Below, piece after piece: positions 42,001 to 54,929 of a DNA stretch of 64,000 bases. This stretch comes from Podarcis pityusensis (lineage: Eukaryota). Each line of letters begins with the position of its first letter. Position 1 is the stretch's first letter. The DNA is taken from assembly GCA_964106645.2 (NCBI GenBank), contig OZ067039.1, one strand, 5' to 3'. The position numbers were made by a program, and so were the translations under genes. The notes under the pieces were generated by a model. It did no database searches and was not told the DNA's origin. It saw nothing but the letters and a program-made list of their open reading frames with translations.

Positions 42001-45000
42001 AACAACACATATGCTCTCTCTTTAAGCTCACAAATTTTGGCTCTTCCTGCAAGGAGCTTATAATACAATTTTGACAGTAGGGGGAGTCCGTGCATGACTG
42101 CAAGCAAATGTAGTAAACTTAAGTTTTATTTGTAGAGCAGGGTTATCGCTTGGTAATCCTTATTTACTGTCATTGTCCATTTGGCGTGTAGTTTGCTTGC
42201 CTCCAAAGTTCAGATGTCACAATAACCTAGGTTCTGGCATATTTTGCAGCAGGAGCAGGGAAGGTGTGGAGCAATAAATATGCATGCTGCATATTTTGAT
42301 TAAACCATAGTTTGTTCTAATATAATGTTCAAACCAGGCCAGGGCATCCAGATACTTTTCCTGATCTTTCCAATTGTAGCAGCAATCTATTTGAAAATAG
42401 AATCTTCCAGTTAGAGTGAAGTTGCTATGTGCCAAAAAGAATGAGACCTGAAGTGGGGATTTTCTGACCCAACTTGGATTGGGGCTGGATCAGGAAGACC
42501 TTGGGGGGGGGGAGCATGTCACATACACAAGTCTCCACAGCACTGATAAGTCTACATTTTGCAAGTGTTTTCCATTCATGGCAGCTCCTCTGCTAATGTA
42601 CATTTACACTGACAGGAAACAGCTGGTACTGGCTGGAGTGATTTTTGGAATTGCTGGGGGTGAGGAGTTCAACTTTGGTACAGTCGTACCTCAGAGGTCG
42701 AACGCCTTGCGAGATGAACATTTTGGCTCCCGAACTCTGCAAACCCAGAAGTGATTGTTTCAGTTTGCGAATGTTCTTTGGAACCCAAATGTCTGTCACA
42801 GCTTCTGATTGGCTGCAGGAGCTTCCTGCAGCCAATTAGAAGCTGTACCTTGATTCCAGAAGATTTTGAAAGTCAAGCGGACTTCCAGCACGGATTCTGT
42901 TCGACTTCCAAGGTACAACTGTATTAGCATATTACAAGCATATTATTAAGCCCCAGCGGCGTAGCGTGGGTTGTCAGCACCCGGGGCAAGGCAAGTAATT
43001 TGCGCCCCCTAACCCCTAACCTGCCGCCGCTGCCAGCTTCTTCTTGCTGCTGCCTGGGCTGGGCTGGTGTGGTTCTCACCCGCGCTCAGCGCTGCGCTGG
43101 GCGGCCGCTGCACTGTCCCTCCCCCAGATAGTCCCTCGCTCTCTCTCCGCACCGCACGCCTGGCACCCACCCCCTCCACAGTGGGCGGCGACCCAGCGGC
43201 TCGGATCGGATTCGCACAGCCAGCACTGCAGTGAGAGAGAGTGAGTGAGCCAGGTAGGGGCAGAGAGCTGCGAGTGCGAGTGCCCCCCCAGATGTTGCGC
43301 CCGGTGCGGCCGGCCCCCCCTGCACCCCCCACGCTACGCCACTGTTAAGCCCACAGTCTGCTTCATTTAGATCCTGGGAGACCAGGATCAGTCAGTCAGT
43401 CAGTCACCCTGGTGGTATTTTTTTTTTTGCAGGGTATGTGCTTTGTTTTCTGACTTTGGGTTGCTGAGGAATTGGCTATAGTTTCAGAGGGAAACCTAAA
43501 GAGATAGAAACATAAATCTTAAACAGTTGTTCAACTTGTGAATCTCAGCTATTGGAAGCTATTGCATACTATTACTACACTGGTTCTTGTGCATTCTTAT
43601 GTGACCAATGTGCTCCACGGCTGCTATAACAGCTGATATGGTAAAGGAGCAGGAATGAAGGGATTGCATGCCTCCTGGCTCTCTTTTTGCCCCAAAGGCA
43701 TAGAAGAACATTGTGTTTCTCTTGCAAAATGTTGCAAATCTCATTGTGTTGTAAACTGCTCTAGTTATACCCCTGTGAACATTACACTTTCTTACTAGAC
43801 TCTTGGTCAGAGTAATTTTTTTTTTTAAATTAAACTTTATAACATTTAATAAAGGAAGTGAAGTAAAAATCGGGACAAAATGAGAAGCGGTGGGTAGCGG
43901 GGTCACATTTTTTCTAGCTTAGAGGAATAATAATAATAAAGCTTTGTCTCCCAGCTGTTAGCTGAACAAACTTTCACCATTGGCCATATGGGCAGGTAGG
44001 GAGTTGTCGACAACAGATGAGTTATTTGATGCAGGAATGCTGCATTGGATCTTCATGTTTTGACTGAAGGATAGAATAGGCCAGCAGGCATCTCTAGTAA
44101 TAGAAGCGTTCCTTAACTTTTGAAAACATTATTTGCAAATCCAGGTGTGGCTATAATTGTCAGGACTTTTGCCTGCCACCCACCCTATTTCTAGTTGCTT
44201 GGAATGTATCTTGTAAAGATGGGCAAGGGTTTTGAAGGAAACGGGATGGGACATGACTTTAGGGAGCTATTTGAGGTGGGCATGTCAGCCTTGTCCTTTG
44301 TATTGTTTGCACGTTAGAGTAGTTAAAGGCTGGGTTTCTGCATTTAATTGTCCATTTTGCTATTGCGAGTGTGGGTGTTCCTTAGGCAAAGTATTGTGAC
44401 CAAGTCTAGCAACAATCGGGCAGAGACAATGAATTTAACCGTGCAACTAGCCACTTCGCTGGTCACCTCAAGTGAGTGATTGCCTTAAATGGCCAGGTGA
44501 ATTTCCAGTCTTCTACTGGAGACTGGGGTCAGGATTCAGCTAATAAGTCCCACAAGTGGAAGCCCTAACAAATATTTGCCCTAATTCAACAGGGCTCCCC
44601 CCCCCCCTTTGCAGCCCCAGAATTGCACATGGGGTGGAGAGAGAGGGGATTGTTCTGTCTGGCAGGCTGAAATGCTTGAGCTGGCAAAACATTTGCCATA
44701 GAGCTGCGTTGAATTCCTCCCTGTGTGCTATGGGTTGCTCCTGCCTTTAAGCTAAAACTCTTAAGGCTGGAAGAAGAGGCAGCCTCATAAACATATTCTA
44801 GTCACTCTTCGTTCCTTTCTGTCCTTCTAGCAGGTGGAGGAACTGAAAGAATATTGGGGCTAGCAGCCTCTTTGGGTGCTTTCCCCCTTTGTCTGGCTCC
44901 TGGTGGAGCTGCACTGGCTCCCGGTGGAGTACAGGATCAGGTTTAAGGTGCTGGTTTTAACCCTTAAAGCCCTATACGGCCTAGGACCCTCGTACCTACG

Positions 45001-47612
45001 GGACCATCTCTCCTGGTATGTCCCACAGAGGACCTTACGGTCTGTAAATAACAACACCCTGAAGATTCTGGGCCCCAGGGAGATTAGACTGGCCTCGACC
45101 AGAGCCAGGGCCTTTTGGGCTGTGGCCCCAGCCTAGTGGGACGCTCTCACAAGAGACCATGGCCCTGCAAGATTTTACATCCTTCCGCAGGGCCTGCAAG
45201 ATGGAGCTGTTCCACCAGGCCTTTGGTCAGGGTTCAGTCTGACTCATTTTCTCTTTGTATAAGAACAAGCACGAAGGAGGTTTCCCAGCCCGCTCACAGG
45301 TCCTTATAATATCAGTGGAAACAGTTGGTCCTGGCGAGTATTAACCGCTTTCAATTTTAACCTGAGGGTTGTCATTTGTCCAGTTTTAATTTTAATTTAT
45401 TTGAATTAATTTTGGGATGCATTTTAATCAACTGATTGCTTGTTTTTATGCATATTGTATTATTTATATGATGTTAGCTGCTCTGTGCCCGGCTCTAACT
45501 GGGGAGGGCGGGGTACAAATAAAAAGCTGTTGTTATTATTATTATTATCTGAGCTAAGAAACAAGGCAGGGTGCATAAGTGCTGTGTCTCCTTCTTCTGT
45601 GCCTATCCTAGATAAGCAAGGAAGTTACCAGCTGCCCAAGTGCCCTACACTAGACACTGCAGCCATTCTTCTCGACCATGCTGGTGAAAGGATAGTTCCA
45701 GATTCTGTAGACGTGATCTGTGTGCCTTCTGAACTTAACTGGAAAAGATGGGATTGCAATGGCTGATCCCCTGTACCCAGAGATAGACGTGACACATGGT
45801 GTGGACTATGCGAACAGGTGTTCAGGTGGCAGATAACCTGAGGACAAGTGGCCATATTGCTTCCTGAGGGGCAACAGCTTTTGTTGCTTTGCCCTCTGGC
45901 CTTATTCCTCTAAAAAAACCATGGTGGTGGAAGGAATGTAGAAGCTGAGAATTTAAGGTGGAAACAGGGACTGTGGGGGAGACAGCAGCACACAGGTGGC
46001 TCCCAGGGATGGGAGACCAGCTCCTACAATTTTATTTGCAGTTGTGAACTAATGGCACTTTATCCCCTCCCCAGGAACAAACAACATTCATCTGTGTTTG
46101 TATTGCCGAGTTCCTGTCCCTGTATGAAACAGAGCGGCTCATCCAGGAGTTGGCCAAGTGCAAGATCGACACCCACAATATCATAGTCAATCAGTTGGTC
46201 TTCCCTGACCCAGAGAAGCCCTGCAAGATGTGTGAGGCCCGGCACAAAATCCAGTCCAAATACCTTGACCAGGTATGGCTAGAGACTGTTCAGATTTTTC
46301 AGTGTCCATTTTGGGGAAGTGGCAGCAGTCAGGCACCAATCTAAGCCTGGGGATCTGCTTTATATTGATTTAGCCCACTGGTCCATCTTGTCTGATCCTA
46401 ATATTGTCTACTTGGACTGTTAAGGTCTCTGAGTTGCATACCTAACTTTATAACTCCCAGCCCTTTTGGTCAATACTACTTTAAACTTCTGAATGGTTGA
46501 AGTTTGCTATTCTACTTTTACCTTCAGCTTCAGAATTCCTGTCTCCCAGCATTCCCCTTTCCATTGCCACGGCAAGTGTTTAGCTTTTCTAGAGGGGTGC
46601 AAATATCCAAGTGAACAGTAGCCACTGGCAGTTTAAGAAATGGGTCCTGCAACTGGCTTGCTGTAGAAGGCAGGAAGCGGGTCTCCTCCATATGTGCTGC
46701 TCTTTGTGGAATCTGGCCTTCAGGTGGAAATGTGGAATTTTTCTCTTCTATAACTTTTATCTCTGTTCAGTCCAACCTCACTATTATTATTCTTTGAAAA
46801 TGAAAGGGAATGTTTACTAGTAAACTGAGTAGTTTTTGTCCAGGGAAAATATGCAGACCTTCCCCAATGCCTCCACAGACAGGCTTCACTTTTCTCTGCC
46901 ATTTTGTTGCTTCTGCTTCTTCTGTATTCCATTTTGCTTTTTCTACACTCTCCTTTTCTTTCCCTTTGAATGATCTTTGCAGCCTTTGTATCCATCCACC
47001 TCTTTCTAACCATGGTATCCTTTTTCTGTGACTTCCACCCTTGCTATCTCTTCATTCATTACTCAGCCTGAAAAGTTGTGGGGATGTTTTATACATTTTT
47101 CTTGGGCCAAAACCTCCATTTCCCACTCCAGTTGTCCTATTGCCTCTTCAGTACTATGTACTCTGTTTTTCTTTCTGCCACTTGTGCCTTTTCCATGTGT
47201 CCTTCCTTTCTTCACTCAGTAAACCAAGGGATGGTTAATCTGTACCAGGTCTTCCAAGGGCCCAGCTGTAAAGCTGTTCAAAATTAGTTTAAGATTGCCA
47301 TTAGACTGCAAGAGGATTACTTTTCTTAGTGCTGTTGCGAAGAGGGTCTTCCAAAGTCAACAGAGCACACTTTCCAACCAAGCAGGGAACTGCTGCTGAG
47401 ATTCTTCCATCTTGATTCCAAATAAGAAGTTTGTAATTGTTAGATGCTCCTTTTGATTTGTCTTTCTTTTCCTCCTCCAGATGGAAGACCTCTATGAAGA
47501 CTTTCACATTGTAAAGCTGCCACTCTTGCCCCATGAAGTGCGAGGGGCTGATAAAGTCAACACCTTTTCAAGTCTGCTACTGGAGCCCTACAAGCCACCC
47601 AGTGCAAAATGA
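35929..47612 (+). CDS. GET3: ATPase GET3 (ASNA1/TRC40), 350 aa, 7 exons
   Basis: Exons 35929-36095, 37323-37470, 38741-38889, 40156-40306, 40656-40763, 46075-46272 and 47481-47612 (1053 nt). P-loop [28 protein letters not shown] zinc motif; ends [11 protein letters not shown]. Confidence 0.97.
37323..37470 (+). CDS. GET3: GET3 exon 2
   Basis: tag/gtgagt boundaries, 148 nt. Confidence 0.95.
38199..38370. mobile_element. Partial Tc1/mariner MITE
   Basis: agtggtatttctggttgcgaacggg end; CpG-rich body resembling the 19.7 kb element. Confidence 0.5.
38741..38889 (+). CDS. GET3: GET3 exon 3
   Basis: cag/gtaaga boundaries, 149 nt. Confidence 0.95.
39373..39808. mobile_element. hAT-type MITE (same family as 16268-16587)
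   Basis: Same ends and internal sequence; degenerate TSD tacagggc/tatggggc. Confidence 0.75.
40156..40306 (+). CDS. GET3: GET3 exon 4
   Basis: cag/gtaaaa boundaries, 151 nt. Confidence 0.95.
40656..40763 (+). CDS. GET3: GET3 exon 5 (GC donor)
   Basis: tag acceptor; MCNMLGLG...QFKDP; CCG|gcaagt; 108 nt. Confidence 0.92.
41501..41712 (-). mobile_element. CR1 LINE 3' fragment
   Basis: tagaatcatagaat tail; similar to the reverse complement of the 55.6-56.1 kb CR1. Confidence 0.8.
42681..42921. mobile_element. Tc1/mariner MITE
   Basis: TA-cagtcgtacctc ... aaggtacaactg-TA; internal palindrome gattggctgcaggagcttcctgcagccaat. Confidence 0.82.
42954..43344. mobile_element. GC-rich hAT-type MITE
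   Basis: TIRs cagcggcgtagcgtggg / cccacgctacgccactg; perfect 8-bp TSD ttaagccc. Confidence 0.88.
44860..45548 (+). mobile_element. L2-clade LINE 3' end
   Basis: ORF2 C-terminus [35 protein letters not shown]; AATAAA plus (TTA)n tail. Confidence 0.85.
46075..46272 (+). CDS. GET3: GET3 exon 6
   Basis: cag/gtatgg boundaries, 198 nt; [15 protein letters not shown]...KYLDQ. Confidence 0.95.
47481..47612 (+). CDS. GET3: GET3 exon 7 (stop)
   Basis: cag acceptor; TGA at 47610-47612. Confidence 0.95.
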   Translation: MEDLYEDFHIVKLPLLPHEVRGADKVNTFSSLLLEPYKPPSAK

Positions 47613-48037
47613 AACCCCTATGGACTGGCTCCCACTGATATCCCCTCTGTACCATTCCGTGCTTGCCCTTTCCCACCCCTTATCTGCTGGAACTCCTCCC
47701 CTTCCAGCAGCCTCTCTTCTATAGAAATTGTGTAGTTGAGAGGCTTGTGGTGGGGTTGGAAGAGGCAGAATTTGGTGTTCCCACTTGTTTCTGCCCTAAT
47801 CCTGTTACTTAACATCTTGGAACATCCCAAAAGTGATCTACACCTTACATCCCTTCTCCTCACTTAACCAGCTAGCTAATTTAAACTTGGGTCACTTTTT
47901 GTTTCTCTTCCACTCTGACTTCTCCCTGGATCATGTCTCCAGCCATTCTGGCTGGAGTCCTAAGTCAGGTGCTATGATGACACAGAGACTGACATTCTTG
48001 CAGCATTAAGGCCATCCGTGCTAATGGGAAGTATGTA

Positions 48038-48043
48038 AATAAA
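48038..48043 (+). terminator. GET3 polyadenylation signal
   Basis: AATAAA ~425 nt after the stop, followed by GT/T-rich sequence. Confidence 0.65.
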
Positions 48044-48389
48044 CTGTAAGGGAAAGTAGTTTGCTGTTTTTCATCTATCAGGCTGCCACTTTAATTTATG
48101 CTGGGGAATTTTCAGCAGGGGACAGTTTCATGTTCTGCAAGGGAAACTCAGAAGCATCTTGAAAATCTCCTGCTTAAGGTTGTGAAATGGGTCCAGAAAG
48201 CAAATACAGTCTCACAAACAGGGATTGGAATAGAGATGTGGCGGTTGAAAAATATGCCCCTCTATGCTTTCTGAGCATATATATACATTCTAGTCCCCTG
48301 GAGTGTCAGTACTATCATAGCATATATGGTCCAAAGTGTGTGTATGTGTGTATATAGAGCAGTCTATGGCAGAGACAAAATTCTCCTAA

Positions 48390-48575
48390 GGGAAGGACTG
48401 TGACTCAATAGTAGAGCATCATTTTTGCATGGAGAAAGTACTAGGTTCGTTCCCCAGTATCCCCAGGTTGGGTTGGAAGATCTCTCTGAAATCCTAGAGA
48501 GCCACTGTCTGTCAGGGTAGACAGTCCTGAGCTAGATGGGCCAATAGTCTGACTCAGTATAAGGCAGCTTCCTGT
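48390..48575 (+). mobile_element. Old tRNA-derived SINE; related copies at ~50275-50475, ~51660-51835 (minus), ~56805-56952, ~27985-28085, ~7745-7880 (minus)
   Basis: tRNA-like head and shared 3' motif ccaatagtctgactcagtataaggcagcttcct. Confidence 0.65.
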
Positions 48576-48692
48576 GTTCCCAACTGCTGTTCATTGAACT
48601 GTTGTTGGGTTTTCTTTTTTCAAAAGTACAAGCAGTTCCCAACTGCTGTTCATTGAACTGTTGTTGGGTTTTCTTTTTTCAAAAGTACAAGC
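48576..48692. repeat. 59-bp-period tandem duplication
   Basis: The 58-bp unit gttcccaactgctgttcattgaactg...caaaagtacaagc is present twice (48576-48633, 48635-48692). Confidence 0.9.
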
Positions 48693-48928
48693 GTACCTTG
48701 GAAGTAGAACAGAATCTGTTCCGGAAGTCTGTTCGACTTCCAAAATATTCAGAAACCAAAGTGCGGCTTCTGATTGGCTGCAGGAGCTTCCTGCAGCCAA
48801 TCAGAAGCCCCGTTGGATGTTCGGCTTCCAAAAATAGTTCGCAAACCAGAACACTCACTTCCGGGTTTGCTGCGTTCGGGAGCCGAAACGTTGGAGAACT
48901 AAGCTGTTCGAAAACCAAGGTAAAACTG
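48688..48928. mobile_element. Tc1/mariner MITE (family of 42681-42921, opposite orientation)
   Basis: Shared internal palindrome and ends gtaccttggaag / aaccaaggtaaaactg-TA. Confidence 0.8.
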
Positions 48929-50851
48929 TATCCCATTGTATGATCAAATGGATGGGAGCAAGCCTGACTGCCTGTTCTCATTTTAGAGGAAACTGGAAAA
49001 TAAACTTGACTTAAAAATGCAATGGACCATTTAATGGGAGTATTATATGACCATGGGCAATGAGGTGGGTGAGCTAGCAAAGCATGGGCATGATCCACCA
49101 TAACTACTTTGGTGCTTGGGGTGGCAGGCTCCCATTGCACCCTTGAATATTAGGCCTTCCTTAGCATGGCTGAACTCAGAGTAAATTGATTACCAGATAA
49201 GTAAAAGCTTTTCAACTCTGCATCTCAACATTCTACGAATCTTTAAAAATCACAACATGTAGAGGCAGCTGAATTCTTTGGTACTCTAAGTCTTTCGTGG
49301 GAAATGGCATATGTGGGTACATCGACTGTGCTGCACTGACTTTGTATTATGTGTGGTTTTCAAAATGCCAGGGAATTAGGAAACTGGTGCAGGTGTTTAA
49401 AGATACTTTGTTTTAATTTATGTAAAAGCATTTCTAAACCAATTAAATATTTAAAAAATCTCTAAGCAGTATACAAAAATCCAACATTAAAAGTGTGTAA
49501 ACCAGTATTATAAAAAAGGATACCTATTTTAATTAGGCCTATTATTCATTTTCTGGCTCCCTTTTTTATTAATCAGGGTATGACAGTGAAATTGGAAGGT
49601 CTAGAGAGAGTCCCAGTTTCCCCACAGAACCTCAGCAGCAGCATCTGGTTCTCTCTGCCTTTATTTCTTTGCCTGTGGGAGGGATAAGCATAGAAGAACT
49701 TTTCATTGACAGTGTCTCAGCTTTGTAATTGTAGGAATTGTGGAACAAATGCTTGTTGCAAAGCTAATACATGAAAAAAATAGCTTGTAGAATGAGAGTT
49801 ACGGTTACTGAATAAACCCAAAGTCTCTCTGGATGGCAGGATCTGCCTAACCAGCCCAGTCAGAACAGCCCTGCACTTCAGATTGTGCCACAGGGCTTTC
49901 TTTGCTCCCCCCACGTGCCCCCCGCAATTGGCTATTGGGAGGAGGGTTGGCATAACCCACAGAACAGCCCATGGGGGGCAGAGAGGAGACTGTTCCATCT
50001 GGCAAACTGCAATGCTTGTGCAGACAGAACAGCTGGAAGAGCATGTCAAAAACACCGCCGAAATCCTTGCAGGTCTTTCAGTCCTACTGTAAACCAAGGC
50101 ATGAATGAATTCGCAATTCTGCACAGTACTTGAGGGCTGTATCACATGCAGTCTGGAGAGATTAACAGTTTGTATGAAGGCGGGATCCTAGAAGCATGTA
50201 ATTTACCGAGTACAGAACTTTGTCTGGTGAGCGGAAACAACTTTAATCTTCTGGGAAATAAAACTTTGAAAAGTAGGGTTGTACCATAGCTCAGAGGTAG
50301 ACTGCATGATTATCTTGCCTGCATAAGGTCCCAGTTAAACCTGGCATGCCCGTTTAGAAGGATCAGGCAGCTGATAATGGGAAAGACTTCTTGCCTAAAG
50401 ACCCTGGAGAGTCAGAGTGGGCAATATTTGGCTAGGTGAGCAAATAGTCTGACCTGGTTCAAGGCAGCTTCCTTGGTGGAATATGTTGGCTATAATGTCA
50501 ATTGCATATTAGCACAAGTGTGTCTAGTTTACTGTTCTACCAAGACACAGTTTACATGTTTTCCTCCATGTATATACGAAGAACTAATGTGAAGTTGCGT
50601 CTCCAAGAAGGTATATGGACCCTTCCACAACTGCACATTCTTAAAACAGTAGGATGTTAAAGTGAGCAGGCAGACGATGTACATAATCTCTCAGGTTTCC
50701 ATACCTTGAAAGGTAGCTGGCCAGAGTTTGGCAGAGGAGCTGGACTGTTAGAGTCTTCTTATGTTTGATATTTCAGGGCTATATTTTTCCTGAATTTAAG
50801 ACAGAATAGGGAGGTGGGGAACCTACAATGTCACCCAATGCTGTCATGATT

Positions 50852-50995
50852 TGTTGTTGTTTGCTGTTTAGCCGTTTAGTCGTGTCCGACACTTCGTGAC
50901 CCCATGGACCAGAGCATGCCAGGCACTCCTGTCTTCCACTGCCTCCCGCAGTTTGGTCAAACTCATGTTAGTAGCTTCGAGAACACTGTCCAACA
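50852..50995 (-). mobile_element. RTE/BovB LINE 3' fragment
   Basis: gttgtt tail, ttagtcgtgtccgacacttcgtgaccccatggac, caaactcatgt. Confidence 0.8.
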
Positions 50996-52336
50996 ACGAG
51001 GCAGAAAACTACAAAAGGAGGAGTAGCTTGATATTGGATATTAAAGGCATGCCATTTTGGCATGCAAGCTAGTATGTCTCTGGGGCAGGATACTCTAGCC
51101 AGTCTTCCATAAATCATACATCCTATCCAAAGTAGAAACGTTTCTCAAATGTTTTAGTAATGTAAACATTTCAAGCATGAGGTAATTCAGTTGACTTGTG
51201 TTTTCATAACATCCTGGCTAACTGACTTTCGTTTACTAATGTCCCAATAACCATTAACGACTTGATGTGGGATACAGACCTGCCCTTTTTTGCTCCTGCC
51301 CCATTCTTGCCAGAGGACTGAAATGGGATCATCATTTATAGCAAGGACACCAGTAATATATTTTAAAATGACAGCCAGCCAGCTTTTGCTTCTGCCAACA
51401 GGATCTCACTGGGAGCCCCAGCCAAGGACAGGAGCTGAGCAGGAGTGGGATGCAAGTCCTTGTTCTAGAGTGTGGTATTAAGTTAAAAAGTGGATGTCAC
51501 TGAGATATACCTTTTGTTTGTTTTCCTGCTTTGGATCTAACTGGGAAGTCCAGATGTTTAGAAAGCCTTGTGTTTTTTTCCATAAACTACTAAGTATTCC
51601 ACTTCCCTACACTGTTGAAATAGGTGCTGGAGAAAGGCTTGGAGGTGTCAGTGAATCCAGGGGGCTGCCTTATACCTTTGGTCAAACTCTAGCTTAGTAT
51701 TGTCCACACTGAATGGCAGCAGCTCTCCAGGATTTTTAGGCTGTGAATCTTTTCCAGACCTATCTGGAGGTGCCGAATCTGAGACCTTCTGTGTCAAAGC
51801 AGATGCTCCCCCATTGCGCTACAGCCCTTCCCCATAAAACTTCCAGGAGGCTGGAGTATTCAAGTTTCAGTCTGGGTGAAAATGTAGGTAAAATAGCACC
51901 AGCCACTGTAGCATTTGTGGGGTAAGATATATTGGTCTGTCTGTTCTGTAGAATGCTTACAGACAGAACTGTCCTGCTTGAAGTCTTGAGGCTGATACTC
52001 CTTTTCTGTAGCCTTCTAGTTTCCACATCTGGATAGGGAGCTGGCTCTTAAAACCTCCTGGTTCTCAAGCTCACTTTAAAGCAGTCAAGGCATACTGAGT
52101 CCAGAAATATCCCCCTCCCCCAAAAGGGTAGAGCCTAGGGATGAAACATTCTACCCCAACACTGGAAAAAGTGCTGGGCTTCTGGCAACAACAGAAGGGC
52201 TCAAAATCTAGATACATAGCACCCACTCCCCTGCCCTTGCCTCTATATTTCATCTTCTAAAAATGTGTTCAAATCATACCTTGCATTTTCTCCAGAATCA
52301 CCTGTCTGATTGGGTTGCTTTTTAAAAACCCACTTA

Positions 52337-52586
52337 AGCCAGTGTGGTGTAGTGGTTAAGAGCAGTGAACTCATAATCTGGTGAACCGGGTTTGCGTCTC
52401 CGCTCCTCCACATGCAGCTGCTGGGTGACCTTGGGCTGGTCACACTTCTCTGAAGTCTCTCAGCCTCACTCACCTCACAGAGTGTTTGTTGTGGGGGAGG
52501 AAGGGAAAGGAGAATGTTAGCCGCTTTGAGACTCCTTCGGGTAGTGATAAAGCGGGATATCAAATCCAAACTCTTCTTCTTCTTCT
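52337..52586 (+). mobile_element. tRNA-derived squamate SINE (Squam3-like)
   Basis: A-box gtggtgtagtggttaagagc; B-box-like gggtttgcgtctcc; (CTT)n tail. Confidence 0.75.
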
Positions 52587-53348
52587 TATGAAGCTAACAA
52601 ATTTGCTAGTTATACAGCAGGATCTGAAACTTTATAAAAGTGGACTTAGAAGTATTCCTTTATGACACATTGAAGAATGTACAAATTTGTGTGGGTCCCA
52701 AAGTGTAGAAAAAAGTATTTCTGGAATGGGAGACTAAGGAAGTGGATTCCTTTGGAACTGCTTTTATCTTCTTGCTCTCTTGCATAAGTAAAAGCAGCTG
52801 TTCCTATTTTTAATCTGGCAAATGCTAGATAATGATAATATGCATCGGCAGGTGAACAAGGACAATTTTTTTAAAGGGTTGTTTTTAAACCTCAAAGCCC
52901 AGGGGGTAAGCCTCCCTCCCTCCCTCCCTTCTTGGGTAACCACAATGTTTGGCAGCGGCTGCAGATTCATTTCTTTCCCCCTTCAGTACTGCGTGCCAGC
53001 TTAGCCCTGTTCCTTCCCCACCCTCTCCCGGAACTGGCTGCCATTAGTATGTGAACCACATTATGATACATAGCGTCTTGTAGGTGTGTGCAACGGCTTT
53101 ATATGTGTGTTGTTCAGCTCAGACGGATGCCCGGGGTGGTGGTGGTGGCAGCAGCAGCATTACGTAAGCTGCTCCTTTGGTCCTGTCTAGAACTCGGCGT
53201 CTGCCCCAGCAAGAGGTTGGGGAGCTCATTAGCACCAGCTGCTTAGCCAAGCGACCCAAAACATCCCAGCATGGCCACAGCTGTACTCTGAGAGGGAAAT
53301 GCTGCCTTCCATCAAGCAAAAACACTACAGATTTGTCAATGACCACAC

Positions 53349-53352
<4 letters not shown>

Positions 53353-53392
<40 letters not shown>
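53353..53392. repeat. (GT)n microsatellite
   Basis: Directly visible. Confidence 0.95.
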
Positions 53393-53393
<1 letters not shown>

Positions 53394-54684
53394 TGCCTGT
53401 CTGCCTGTCTGCCTCTGTGTGTATGGCTTAGGTGAACAAACATGTTGACTCCTAAACCTGAGGCTCAACATTCTTGAGCATCTTCATAATTGGAGCCAAC
53501 TGTGGTTTTAATTGTTAAATAAGATGGTTATATATGTTATGTAACTATACTGATAGCATCATTCAAACTCCCCACTACCACCACTGTGGGAAAATGAGTG
53601 ACTTTCCCATTATTTATTGTTAATTTCCTTCATTCTTCCCCCACACAAAAATATGCAGAACAATACAACCCACAAAAAAATTAGAGCTGTTTCTTTTCCA
53701 TAAAAAGCCAGGGTTGAATTGTGAAGACCTCCGTTTTGGATTCCTGCTTGAGCATGTGGTGTTGGGCAAATCACTGTATCTCTGCCAAACCCTCCCTCAA
53801 AGTGTTTGTTCTGACGATGAAATGGGAATAATTACATCTCCTAAGATTTTTGGAAGAAATCTAGGATTACATGTGTGATGATAAATGTATAATATAATCA
53901 GTAGCTCCTGTCCGTCATGTTGTCTTTCTTCAAACAAAATTCGATTTTGGATACACCAAGTGATGTGTCCTACACCTTGTAAAAACAGCGGGTGAGGATC
54001 TTTAACTTCCATCTGCAGAAATTTTAAACAGGCAGGTCTTGAAGCCTTGTCTCAAAATAATATGCAAAGATGTAAGATATTATCAGAATAATTGGCCTGA
54101 GTTCATTATTTGGGGACTCCTTTATTACCTTTCTCTGAAACATGTTTTCTGGTCGTTTGGCATGGTAGCCTTTAAAACAGAGTGAGAAGCCTGTTGCCCT
54201 CCTGTTTACTGAAACCTCAATTCCTGTCGGCCCCAGCCAGGCCAGGTCAGGGATGGTGGGAGTTGTAGTCCAGCAACAGCTGGAGGCCACCAGGCTTCTT
54301 CCCACAGTTGCTTTAAAATTTAATCAGTGACAAATATATGGTAAGTACAGACCACAAGTCTTGAAGGAATTCTGCTGAGGACACTTAAAAGTGGTGTAAC
54401 TCCCAGCAGTCATGACTGGAATTTTGAACATGAAATGCACATGGCAGCTTTCTTAGAATTTATAGTTGGGGTATTTTGTTAAACACAGAAAGAAAAGCAA
54501 AATTTATGCATAGACACCAGTTAGCCATCCTATTCTGCTACCTAGAAACCTGGTTGAAGTTAGTGCCAAGCCAGAGAGTGATACATTGAAGGCAATTATT
54601 GAGCTGGTGCAGGTTCATTGGGGTGTAAGTGGTCATTCAAGTAACCTTGTCTTAAACTGTTCATAACTTTAAACTTTAGAGATA

Positions 54685-54925
54685 TAGTGGTACCTTGGTT
54701 TATGAACTTAATCCGTTCCTGAAGTCCATTCTTAAACCAAATTCATTCTTAAACCCATGCGTGCTTTCCCTAATGAGTTCTCCCGCCGCTGGTGCCCTTC
54801 CACCATTCGGATTCCGTTCTTAGGCCAAGGTAAAGTTCACAAACCGAGACACTACTTCCGGTTTTGCGGAGTTCGTAAACTGAATCATTTGTAAACAGGA
54901 CTGTTCTTAAACCAAGGTACCACTG
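54685..54925. mobile_element. Tc1/mariner MITE
   Basis: TIRs agtggtaccttggttt / aaaccaaggtaccactg; TA flanks. Confidence 0.85.
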
Positions 54926-54929
54926 TACA

